NCBI RefSeq assembly: GCF_003018255.1
Contig: NZ_CP027440.1
Direction: 5' to 3' (one strand)
Length of the DNA: 64,000 nucleotides
From: Escherichia coli
GTDB taxonomy: Bacteria; Pseudomonadota; Gammaproteobacteria; Enterobacterales; Enterobacteriaceae
Shown here one piece after another: positions 34,062 through 48,199 of this stretch. The notes beneath the pieces were generated by a model. It was not told where the DNA came from and did no database searches. It saw nothing but the letters and a program-made list of their open reading frames with translations. Numbering within the stretch: position 1 is the first letter of the stretch; every line of letters begins with the position of its first letter. The position numbers were made by a program, and so were the translations under genes.

Positions 34062-36764
34062 TTATTGCTTAGTAAACGGCGCGAAGATTTCGCTAAATGC
34101 GTACTTCGGTGCCTGTTCTTTAGTCAGGCCGTGGAATTCCGGAGACAGGTTAGTGCCGCCTGGCAGGTCGCGCGCGATTGACCAGATACCAACCATACCG
34201 AGATTACGCTTCTGCGCATCCTGCATGACCAGACGAGCATCAGAGAGATAGAACACCTCGCCCTGAACGTCGTTCACGCCAACCATCGGCGTGGTACCCA
34301 TCATAGCGTCAATTTCTGCATCGCTCTTATTGGGATGGAGGCCTTTCAATTGTGAATGCAGGTTGGCAATCGCAGACGTTGCACACTTACCGTGAATGTT
34401 CTGGCCTTCGGTATTTGCAGACTGACAAATCGCGTTACCGTAGTCCATTGTCATCACGTTCACACCCGCCAGCTCAACACCTTTCGCTTTGGCATCGCTC
34501 AGGACATTCATCCCTTCCGGCGTCAGGCCAGTCGGCAGAATTGGCAAGGTGTACCAGATAGCAATATCTTTGCCCTCTGACTTCCATTTATCCTGCACTT
34601 TCTTCACAGCAAGGTTACGACGTTCAATAGATGCCTGATCCGCAACCCAGGTGCCTTCGATATCGAAGTCCAGGACTCTGAGGTTCAGGTTATCAACGAT
34701 GTCATAATAATGCTGCATCAGATCGTCTACGTTCTTACAGGAAGCAGCCAGCGGAGCGTTGTTAGCACCACCGATAGACAGCATCACATCGCCGCCAGCT
34801 TCACGCAGAGCTTTGATTTTGCTGTACTGAGCGTAATTCTGCATACCGTAAGCGGTACCCCATGTCGGCAGACAGGTGTTCGCATCTTTACTCACCACAA
34901 ACGCCAGCGTGAAGTGGTTGACGTTATGATTCTTAGCCAGCGCAGCCAGATCCGGGATCGTATTCAGCGTAAAGTCAACATACGGTGCATAAACGTGTTT
35001 CGGCCACGCTTTCTTCGGCGTACCTACACGTTCTTTGGTTCCGGTCCAGTCAACAAAAACACGCCACGGGTTGCTGTCAGAAGGAGAAACTTTCTGCACT
35101 TTACTCTGAGAAATGTAGTTCGCACCGTTAAAGCGAATCAGCGTATCGCTGGCATAAAGCGTTTCTGGATTAAACTGCGGCGCATTATTCAGCTCTTCGT
35201 TGCTATAGCTCTGAGCCTTACCTAACGGCTTCCACGGGCGGCTATTGCTACCGGTGGCGTTTTGGTTCGCAACCAGAGCAGGGTTGTCGCTTTGCGTCCA
35301 GAACAGCGCTTCATAAGCCTGCCCATCAACAACAACGCGATCACCTTTCACGTACACGGTGGAAGCGGACCATGCTTTCGCCGGTTCGTATTTCTTCCAC
35401 GGGTTATCGCCGCCCGGGACAAAGCCCCATGCGTCTTGATCGACAGAGGTTTTATAATGTGCATCGTTATAATCTACGATGCTGTTCGCGCTGTACGCTT
35501 TGCTGGCCTGGAAACCATCCGCAACAATGACGCCGCCATTATCAATTTCACAGGTAGTTGGGTTACCGTACTGACTCATTTCCGCAGCGGTAGCTGTACG
35601 CACGAGACGCCATGGGTTATTGGAGTTTTCTGCACTAGTGCCACGTGGGCAATCTTCAGAACCAACCCACCAGGCATTCTGATAAACATTACCATTGAAG
35701 ATAACATGGTAAATTTCGCTACCTTCCTGGCCACTCCACGCCTGCAGTGAGTAATCGTTACTGCTATCCGCTGGTGTTGATGGCTCGTTATTATCCGGAG
35801 TAGGAGTAACTGGAGTTACCGGTGTTTCCGGAGTTGGATCAACCGGAGTCACAGCACCGCTATTATTATCCGGCTTAACGGAACAGGAACCCGGATTACC
35901 ATACTGGCTGATTTCTGTTGCCGTTGCCGCGCGAACATAACGCCATGGGTTGCTGGCATCGTTTTCTTTCGCATCGCCTGGGCAATTTGCCGCGCCTACC
36001 CACCAGGCGTTCTTATAAATGCCGCCGTTGTAGATAACGTACCATGTAGAAGAACCTTCCTGACCTTTCCAGGCTACGACAGCATAGTTGTCGTTTGACT
36101 TATCAGCTGGAGCTGGCTGAACATCAGGAGCCGGTTTAACGTCCGGTGCCGGTTTCACATCCGGCGCAGGCTGTGGTGCTGAAGTACAGGACTGTGGATT
36201 ACTGGTTTCTGAGATTTCCGTTGCCGTAGCGGCACGAACATAACGCCATGGGTTGCTGGCATCATTGCCTTTCGCATCACCCGGGCAGTTAGAAGAGGCT
36301 ACCCACCAGGCATTTTTATATACCGCACCATTAAAGACGACATACCAGGTCTGACCGCCCTGCTGTTTATTCCAGGCAACTACAGAAGAATTAGACGGAA
36401 CAGTGCCCTGTGCTGGTGTAGCCGAACCGCCATTAGCCGGCGTATTGGATGCAGGCGTATTTGAATTTGAAGAAGATGAGCTGCCGCTCTTTTCGCAGGA
36501 AAGTGTATTGCCAAACTGACTAATTTCAGCAGCTGTCGCGGTACGCTTTAAACGCCATGGGTTAGTTGCATCATTTGCTTTTGCTTTTCCCGGGCAATTT
36601 GTAGAAGAAACCCACCAGGCATTTTCATAAATTTTGCCATCGAAAATAACCTGATATTTATTACCACCTTGTTGGTTATTCCATACTTCCATTGCCAATG
36701 CTGGCAGAGCGGAACACACCAGCCCCATACCAATCATAGATTTAGTAAATATATTTAATTTCAT
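34062..36764 (-). CDS. chiA: Periplasmic/secreted endochitinase with four N-terminal chitin-binding-type modules
   Basis: ORF track 900 aa; signal peptide; four repeated ~65-aa W/C-rich modules (NAWWV...CPG...NPWR), Pro/Thr linkers, C-terminal catalytic domain. Confidence 0.92.
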   Translation of the reverse strand: MKLNIFTKSMIGMGLVCSALPALAMEVWNNQQGGNKYQVIFDGKIYENAWWVSSTNCPGKAKANDATNPWRLKRTATAAEISQFGNTLSCEKSGSSSSSNSNTPASNTPANGGSATPAQGTVPSNSSVVAWNKQQGGQTWYVVFNGAVYKNAWWVASSNCPGDAKGNDASNPWRYVRAATATEISETSNPQSCTSAPQPAPDVKPAPDVKPAPDVQPAPADKSNDNYAVVAWKGQEGSSTWYVIYNGGIYKNAWWVGAANCPGDAKENDASNPWRYVRAATATEISQYGNPGSCSVKPDNNSGAVTPVDPTPETPVTPVTPTPDNNEPSTPADSSNDYSLQAWSGQEGSEIYHVIFNGNVYQNAWWVGSEDCPRGTSAENSNNPWRLVRTATAAEMSQYGNPTTCEIDNGGVIVADGFQASKAYSANSIVDYNDAHYKTSVDQDAWGFVPGGDNPWKKYEPAKAWSASTVYVKGDRVVVDGQAYEALFWTQSDNPALVANQNATGSNSRPWKPLGKAQSYSNEELNNAPQFNPETLYASDTLIRFNGANYISQSKVQKVSPSDSNPWRVFVDWTGTKERVGTPKKAWPKHVYAPYVDFTLNTIPDLAALAKNHNVNHFTLAFVVSKDANTCLPTWGTAYGMQNYAQYSKIKALREAGGDVMLSIGGANNAPLAASCKNVDDLMQHYYDIVDNLNLRVLDFDIEGTWVADQASIERRNLAVKKVQDKWKSEGKDIAIWYTLPILPTGLTPEGMNVLSDAKAKGVELAGVNVMTMDYGNAICQSANTEGQNIHGKCATSAIANLHSQLKGLHPNKSDAEIDAMMGTTPMVGVNDVQGEVFYLSDARLVMQDAQKRNLGMVGIWSIARDLPGGTNLSPEFHGLTKEQAPKYAFSEIFAPFTKQ
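35549..36689 (-). repeat. Intragenic tandem module repeats in chiA (~310-bp period) plus PAPDVK x3 micro-repeat
   Basis: Near-identical DNA stretches, e.g. gcgaacataacgccatgggttgctggcatc at ~35925 and gcacgaacataacgccatgggttgctggcatc at ~36235; PAPDVKPAPDVKPAPDV encoded at ~36115-36170. Confidence 0.8.
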
Positions 36765-36995
36765 TATAATCCCTTGTGACGTAAAAACTGCAAAACAAAA
36801 GTCCTACGCAGGAATTATTTACGTTTTACGAGAACCCTTCAATATGAATTAAATTACGGCATTAAAAATAAGAAAAAAGCCTGACAAAAGAAGCATTTTA
36901 AAAACAGAAACATTCATATTTAAGATATTAAATTTAATTTATATTTTAAATATGAATAATTTATTCGTTCTGACAGTACGAATAAGATATGCAGT
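36765..36995 (-). promoter_or_regulatory. AT-rich chiA upstream/promoter region
   Basis: About 230 bp of very A+T-rich sequence with A/T tracts between tufA terminator and chiA start. Confidence 0.5.
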
Positions 36996-37005
36996 CAACA
37001 AATGC

Positions 37006-37031
37006 AAAAAGGGCGCCGAAGCGCCCTTTTT
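37006..37031 (-). terminator. Rho-independent terminator after tufA (str operon end)
   Basis: aaaaa-gggcgc-cgaa-gcgccc-ttttt, a perfect symmetric hairpin 25 nt after tufA stop. Confidence 0.85.
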
Positions 37032-37055
37032 AATTCGAAACTAATTAACGTGTAA

Positions 37056-38297
<1,242 letters not shown>

Positions 38298-38310
38298 TTA
38301 ACCCTTAGGC

Positions 38311-40437
<2,127 letters not shown>

Positions 40438-40521
40438 TTATCTTTTAGGCGTTCAATTTAAGTAGCCCAAAGCGGGCTGCTTACTGGAAGCGCCCGCCTG
40501 GTGACTAAAACTCCGAAGGGA

Positions 40522-41566
<1,045 letters not shown>

Positions 41567-41588
41567 GAAATATACAACGATCCCGCCA

Positions 41589-41876
41589 TCACCAGGCCAT
41601 CTGGCTGGAGTGCTTAACCGTAAGTCTGACGAAATCAGTATAGTCAATGAGAATGATATCGTTCGAAATTTGACCAGCCAAACCGCGGGCAATAAGGTCT
41701 TCGTTCAGGGCATAGACCTTAATGGGGGCATTACGCAGACTTTCAAGGTAGCGGTTACCGTCAACTGCGGCAGTTACACCATCTTGCAATAATAGCAGTT
41801 CGTCGCCCTCACTTAGCAGGCGCAGCAGCGCAGCAAAATCCGTCAGCCAGGGTGAACGATGTAATGTGTGCAGCAT
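41589..41876 (-). CDS. tusB: Sulfurtransferase complex subunit TusB
   Basis: ORF track 95 aa. Confidence 0.9.
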   Translation of the reverse strand: MLHTLHRSPWLTDFAALLRLLSEGDELLLLQDGVTAAVDGNRYLESLRNAPIKVYALNEDLIARGLAGQISNDIILIDYTDFVRLTVKHSSQMAW

Positions 41877-41883
41877 AAACGCC

Positions 41884-42242
41884 TCAAAACCTCAAAATAA
41901 CATCGTAGTTGGCGAGTTCGCGGCGTAAGGCATCTGCTTCGAGCGGCGTGGCTTCGACAACAAAGGGTGTCTGCGGATCTAACCCGCGTTCGCGCAGTGA
42001 AGCCGCACAAACCCAGCACTGTTCAATGTCGTACAGACCCAACAATTTAAAAGTGGCGATGTAATCACGCGCCAGCACTGCATCGGGCTTTTGTCCTGGC
42101 AGCAGCTGAAAAACGCCATCAGCAATAAAGAAGACGGCCAGATCGTCAGTTAATGCGGAAGTTGCCAGTAAAGCATCTAAACCTTCCCGACCAGCAGCTG
42201 TACCATGAGGCACAGTAGAAAAAACAAACGCAATTCGTTTCA

Positions 42243-42243
<1 letters not shown>
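41884..42243 (-). CDS. tusC: Sulfurtransferase complex subunit TusC
   Basis: ORF track 119 aa. Confidence 0.9.
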
Positions 42244-43351
<1,108 letters not shown>

Positions 43352-43476
43352 GAAAAAAAACACTCCTTTTCAGGAGCCTGTCGTTAACTTTTCAGGGCAG
43401 GCTCATTAATGATGCGGGTAACTAAATTAATACAGCGGAGGTTCCGCTTTCCAGCACTAATTATATCCGGCCTGTA

Positions 43477-43507
43477 ATAAAAAAACCGCCGCCTGGTCAG
43501 GCGGCGG
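43477..43507 (-). terminator. Rho-independent terminator after fkpA
   Basis: GC-rich hairpin ccgccgcctg/caggcggcgg followed on minus strand by a long U-run. Confidence 0.8.
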
Positions 43508-43517
43508 TTCTTAATGC

Positions 43518-44330
43518 TTATTTTTTAGCAGAATCTGCGGCTTTCGCATCAGCTTCCGGCTTTGCATCAGCCTTCGGCGCTGGTTTCACATCCAGCAGCT
43601 CTACGTCAAACACCAGGGTAGAATTCGGTGGGATCCCCGGAACACCCGCTTTGCCGTAAGCCAGTTCTGGTGGAATAACCAGTTTGATCTTACCGCCTTT
43701 CTTGATGTTCTTCAGACCTTCTGTCCAACCCGGAATAACACCGTCCAGACGGAAAGAGAGCGGTTCACCACGGGTGTAAGAGTTGTCGAACTCTTTACCG
43801 TCGATCAGCGTACCTTTGTAGTTCACGACAACAGTATCGCTGTCTTTCGGTGCTTCGCCTTTACCGGCTTCGACTACCTGATAAACCAGACCAGTTGAAG
43901 AGGTTTTCACACCTTTCTCTTTGGCAAATTTCTCGCGGTACTCTTTACCTTTCGCTTCGTTATCTGCCGCGTCTTTTTCCATCTTCGCCTGAGCAGAAGA
44001 CTTCACGCGAGCTTCGAATGCTTGCAGTGTCTGTTCGATCTCTTGGTCGGAGAGTTTGCTCTTATCAGCAAATGCATCCTGAACACCAGCGATCAGCTGA
44101 TCTTTATCCAGTTTGATGCCCAGTTTTTCTTGTTCTTTAAGAGAATTTTCCATGTAACGACCCAGCGAAGCACCCAGTGCATAAGCTGATTTCTGATCGT
44201 CATTTTTGAACGCTGCTTTGCTGTCAGCAGTTGTAGCAGGTTTTGCAGCTTCAGCAGCAAAAGTGATCGGTGCATGCAGGGCAACGGCCATTGTGGTCGC
44301 CAGCAGCGTTACTTTAAACAGTGATTTCAT
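43518..44330 (-). CDS. fkpA: Periplasmic FKBP-type peptidyl-prolyl isomerase FkpA
   Basis: ORF track 270 aa; signal peptide; C-terminal FKBP domain. Confidence 0.95.
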   Translation of the reverse strand: MKSLFKVTLLATTMAVALHAPITFAAEAAKPATTADSKAAFKNDDQKSAYALGASLGRYMENSLKEQEKLGIKLDKDQLIAGVQDAFADKSKLSDQEIEQTLQAFEARVKSSAQAKMEKDAADNEAKGKEYREKFAKEKGVKTSSTGLVYQVVEAGKGEAPKDSDTVVVNYKGTLIDGKEFDNSYTRGEPLSFRLDGVIPGWTEGLKNIKKGGKIKLVIPPELAYGKAGVPGIPPNSTLVFDVELLDVKPAPKADAKPEADAKAADSAKK

Positions 44331-44550
44331 CCATATCTCCAGGATCGGGGCATCTCACCCCAGGGTTAACTATTATCAGAAGGGTACTATAAAGCGTTGT
44401 CGAACAAATCTACATACAGACACGCCCTATTATCATCTATTTTCAGACTCTTTTTGTTTAAATTAGTTTCGATGACCGCGAAATGAGTGCTGTCTCGGGC
44501 AGCAAAGTTAAGTAGAATCCGCGGCGACCATTCGACAAAAGAGGTGAATC

Positions 44551-44769
44551 ATGCAGGATTTATCATTGGAAGCACGCCTGGCAGAGCTGGAGAGCCGACT
44601 GGCTTTTCAGGAAATCACCATTGAAGAACTGAACGTCACGGTGACCGCTCATGAAATGGAGATGGCGAAACTGCGCGATCATCTGCGTCTGCTGACCGAG
44701 AAGCTAAAAGCCAGCCAGCCGTCGAACATCGCGTCGCAGGCTGAAGAAACGCCACCGCCACATTATTGA
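44551..44769 (+). CDS. slyX: Protein SlyX
   Basis: ORF track 72 aa; coiled-coil-like sequence. Confidence 0.9.
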
Positions 44770-44775
44770 GGCGTA

Positions 44776-44802
44776 AAAAAAGCGGGGATTCCCCGCTTTT
44801 TT
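44776..44802. terminator. Bidirectional rho-independent terminator between slyX and slyD
   Basis: aaaaaaa-gcgggga-tt-ccccgc-tttttt; symmetric A-run / hairpin / T-run between convergent genes. Confidence 0.85.
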
Positions 44803-44817
44803 GTCACTTTTTCGGTA

Positions 44818-45408
44818 TTAGTGGCAACCGCAACCGCCGTTACCTTTACCGCCGCAGCAGCCTTCGCCACCGTGTTCATGACCGTGATCGTGGCCATGAC
44901 CACCGCAGCAACCGTCGTGGTCGTGATCGTGGTGATGATCGTGCGCACCGTGAACGTGGCCATGAGCCAGTTCTTCTTCAGTCGCTTCGCGAATCGCCAC
45001 AACTTCAACGTTGAATTTCAGGTTCTGACCGGCCAGCATGTGGTTACCATCAACCACGACGTGATCGTCTTCAACCGCAGTGATTTCAACCGGTACCGGA
45101 CCCTGGTCGGTTTCAGCCAGGAAACGCATACCAACCTGCAGTTCATCAACGCCCATAAATACGTCTTTAGGAACGCGTTGAACCAGGTTTTCGTCGTACT
45201 GACCGTAAGCGTCGTTCGCGCCAACAGCGACATCAAATTTGTCGCCAACTTCGTGACCTTCCAGCGCCGTTTCCAGGCCAGAGATCAGGGAACCGTGACC
45301 ATGCAGGTAGTCCAGCGGCGCACTCACCGGAGACTCATCAACCAACACACCGTCTTCTGTACGTACCTGATAGGCCAGGCTGACCACCAGGTCTTTTGCT
45401 ACTTTCAT
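44818..45408 (-). CDS. slyD: FKBP-type peptidyl-prolyl isomerase SlyD with His/Cys-rich metal-binding tail
   Basis: ORF track 196 aa; C-terminus HGHVHGAHDHHHDHDHDGCCGGHGHDHGHEHGGEGCCGGKGNGGCGCH. Confidence 0.96.
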   Translation of the reverse strand: MKVAKDLVVSLAYQVRTEDGVLVDESPVSAPLDYLHGHGSLISGLETALEGHEVGDKFDVAVGANDAYGQYDENLVQRVPKDVFMGVDELQVGMRFLAETDQGPVPVEITAVEDDHVVVDGNHMLAGQNLKFNVEVVAIREATEEELAHGHVHGAHDHHHDHDHDGCCGGHGHDHGHEHGGEGCCGGKGNGGCGCH

Positions 45409-45502
45409 GATATCTCCTGAGCATGGGAAGAATAGTGGCGCAGATTGTAGCGGAATTCTGCAGCCGTGTACTCACTAGCTTAAAAAAACTCGGCGCATAT
45501 CG

Positions 45503-45703
45503 CTAGTCCGGATGAAAAATCCCGATCACTTGCTCATCTTTGCGAACGTGATCGCGGGCTTCTTTGTCCGCTTCTCGCATCTGATGTCCGCACTTAACAC
45601 ATTCAACAATATCAATATTATTTTCGCGCCACATCGCCATTGAATCCTGCGCCTGACAGGCCGGGCATTTTGCCCCCGCAATAAAACGTTTTCGGATTGC
45701 CAT
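45503..45703 (-). CDS. yheV: Small zinc-ribbon-like protein YheV
   Basis: ORF track 66 aa; CPAC ... CVKCGH pattern. Confidence 0.85.
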   Translation of the reverse strand: MAIRKRFIAGAKCPACQAQDSMAMWRENNIDIVECVKCGHQMREADKEARDHVRKDEQVIGIFHPD

Positions 45704-45712
45704 CTTTACCCT

Positions 45713-47518
45713 CTACTCAAATTCATCCCAGCCGTCCAGCTGGCGTCGTTCTTGTTGCATTTCACGCTGGAAAATCTCTTCCAGTTCGCGTCGGGCTTCC
45801 CTGGCGCGAGAAATTTGTACGGTGTCGGCATGCATTGGGATGAGCTCCCGCAACATCCGCATATCCAGGCGGCGAAAATGCAGTTGCGCCCGCTGCGCCT
45901 GATGTGGATGCATGCCTAGCGTGACCAGCGTCTTGCGCCCCAGCTCTAACGCACTGGAGAATGTCTCACGAGAAAACTGCGTCACCCCTGCCTGTAATAA
46001 CTCATGCGCCTCCACACGTCCGCGCGCTCGCGCAAGAATATGTAAATGCGGAAAGTGCTGCTGGCATATTTCCACCAGTTTCATGGTGTCTTCCGGCTCA
46101 TTACAGGTAATGACGATAGACTCAGCGGCCTCTGCACCCGCAGAACGTAAAAGATCTACCTGCGTGGCGTCGCCGTAATAAACTTTGTAGCCATATTTGC
46201 GCATCAGGTTAACGGCACTGATATCCCGCTCCAGCACAGTAATGCGCATTTTATTTGCCATCAGCAAACGACCAATCACCTGACCAAAACGCCCGAAGCC
46301 CACGACAATGACCTGCGGTTTATCATCGTTGACCCACGGTTTTTCGTCTTCTTCTTCCGGTCCGTTAAACTGGCGGGATAGCCATTTATCCACCAGCTTC
46401 ATCAGCAACGGCGTGGTCATCATGGAAAGCGTCACCGTCACCAGCAACAGCGCCATCTGGTCGCCCTGGAATAAGCGTTGCGAAGAAGCGGTAGAAAAGA
46501 GCACAAAGGCAAACTCGCCGCCCTGACTCAACACGCCAGCAAACTGCATCCGCTCTGAGCTACGCACGCCATACAATCGCGCCAGCAGATACAGCACGAG
46601 AATTTTCACCGCCACCAGCACAACCACGCTTATCACTACCCACAACAGATGGGTATAAAGCACCCCGAGATTGAGCGACATGCCGACAGAGATAAAGAAC
46701 AAACCGAGCAGCAACCCCTTAAACGGATCGATAGCCGTTTCCAGTTCATGGCGATATTCACTTTCCGCCAGCAGCACGCCCGCAATAAACGTACCAAGCG
46801 CCATCGACAGCCCCAGCGCATCCATAAATAACGCGGAACCCAACACCAGCAGCAGAGTCGCGGCGGTGAACACTTCCCGCACGCCAGAAGCTGCAATAAA
46901 ACGGAATACCGGACGCAGTAAATAACGCCCGCCAATCAGCATGCCGACAAACGCCAGCACCTTCATGCCGATCTTCATCCAGTCGAAATGTTCGTCTGCC
47001 GACCCCGCCAACAACGGCACTAACGCCAGTGCCGGGATCACCGCCAGATCCTGAAACAGCAGTACCGAGAAACCTAACTGGCCGGATTCGCTGCGATTCA
47101 TCCCTTTATCACGCATCAGTTGCAACGCCATTGCAGTTGAAGACATCGCAAGGCCAATGCCACCGACCACCGCCGCCTGCCAGGCGAAATCCGTCAGCAT
47201 CAATAATCCCGCCAGCAACGCCGCGCTTAACAGCACCTGTGCCGCACCTACGCCAAAAATCGAACGCCGCAATTGCCAAAGCTTGGAGGGATTCAACTCC
47301 AGGCCGATGATAAACATCAGGAACACCACGCCGAGTTCCGAAAAGTGGAGGATCTCATCGACGTCGCTAATAAAACCCAGCCCCCACGGGCCAATTGCAA
47401 TCCCTGCCAGCAAATATCCCAACACAGCGCCAATACCCAGCCGCGATGCCAGCGGCACCGCAGCCACCGCCGCGAAGAGAAACAACACTCCTGCGAGTAA
47501 AAAATCGGAACCTTCCAT
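45713..47518 (-). CDS. kefB: Glutathione-regulated K+ efflux system protein KefB
   Basis: ORF track 601 aa; N-terminal polytopic membrane domain, C-terminal Rossmann (GFGRFGQ) domain. Confidence 0.95.
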   Translation of the reverse strand: MEGSDFLLAGVLFLFAAVAAVPLASRLGIGAVLGYLLAGIAIGPWGLGFISDVDEILHFSELGVVFLMFIIGLELNPSKLWQLRRSIFGVGAAQVLLSAALLAGLLMLTDFAWQAAVVGGIGLAMSSTAMALQLMRDKGMNRSESGQLGFSVLLFQDLAVIPALALVPLLAGSADEHFDWMKIGMKVLAFVGMLIGGRYLLRPVFRFIAASGVREVFTAATLLLVLGSALFMDALGLSMALGTFIAGVLLAESEYRHELETAIDPFKGLLLGLFFISVGMSLNLGVLYTHLLWVVISVVVLVAVKILVLYLLARLYGVRSSERMQFAGVLSQGGEFAFVLFSTASSQRLFQGDQMALLLVTVTLSMMTTPLLMKLVDKWLSRQFNGPEEEDEKPWVNDDKPQVIVVGFGRFGQVIGRLLMANKMRITVLERDISAVNLMRKYGYKVYYGDATQVDLLRSAGAEAAESIVITCNEPEDTMKLVEICQQHFPHLHILARARGRVEAHELLQAGVTQFSRETFSSALELGRKTLVTLGMHPHQAQRAQLHFRRLDMRMLRELIPMHADTVQISRAREARRELEEIFQREMQQERRQLDGWDEFE

Positions 47519-48072
47519 CAGCGGCCTCCTGGAGACAGCGGATTTGCCAGCCAGTCACCGTAGGCTCTGGCGTGACTCGCCAGCTCCTGTGCGCTTTGCC
47601 GTCTCGCCCAGTAAATAATGATGGGACTCAACCAATGCATCCGGCACATGCCCGCCGCTAGTTCAAAGGGGCGCAGAACATCGCTCATCGGGTAGCGATT
47701 CAAGGCGTCATAACGGTAAGCACTTTCCGGCTCGCCGGTGGTAATCACGCTACGCCAGTACTTTCCCGCCAGTTGGTTTCCTCCCGGCCCGCTGGCAAAA
47801 CCACGGCTTAATACCCGGTCCAGCCACTCTTTCAGTAGCGCCGGGCAGCTATAGGTATAAAGAGGATGCTGAAAGACAATCACCTCGTGCTCGCGCAGTA
47901 ATGCCTGCTCACGGGGGATATCAATAAAAAAATCCGGATAGTGCGCATAAAGGTCGTGCACGGTAACATTGCTGAGCTGCGTGGCCGGTTTAAGCAGTAC
48001 CCGGTTTGCCACCGAGTCCTGAGATTCCGGATGGGCATACAGCAGCAAAACTTTCGCTGGCTGAGACATCAT
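47518..48072 (-). CDS. kefG: KefB ancillary protein KefG (flavodoxin-like)
   Basis: ORF track 184 aa; stop shares 1 nt with kefB start. Confidence 0.92.
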
Positions 48073-48199
48073 CCCCCTCCCGGTATGGTTTTTGTGTATA
48101 GTCGCTGTTTTGGGCTACCATTGCGCCCGGTGCGGCAGCTCGCCCATACATTACATTATCATAATGATAAGTTAACATAGTCTGAACATACGGCGCCTT

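Noticed and set aside
34352-35750. Several 70-170-aa plus-strand ORFs inside chiA
   Set aside because: Antisense to a long repetitive gene; the repeats extend the open frames artificially.
20410-36764. The gsp/chiA block as a mobile element, or gspA-gspB as a novel ATPase-based defence pair
   Set aside because: No integrase, transposase, att-like direct repeats or tRNA anchor is present, and gspA/gspB have the expected secretion-accessory architecture in an otherwise complete gsp cluster.
44821-45420. 199-aa plus-strand ORF antisense to slyD
   Set aside because: Produced by the low-complexity His-codon repeat region of slyD; the antisense translation is itself low-complexity.
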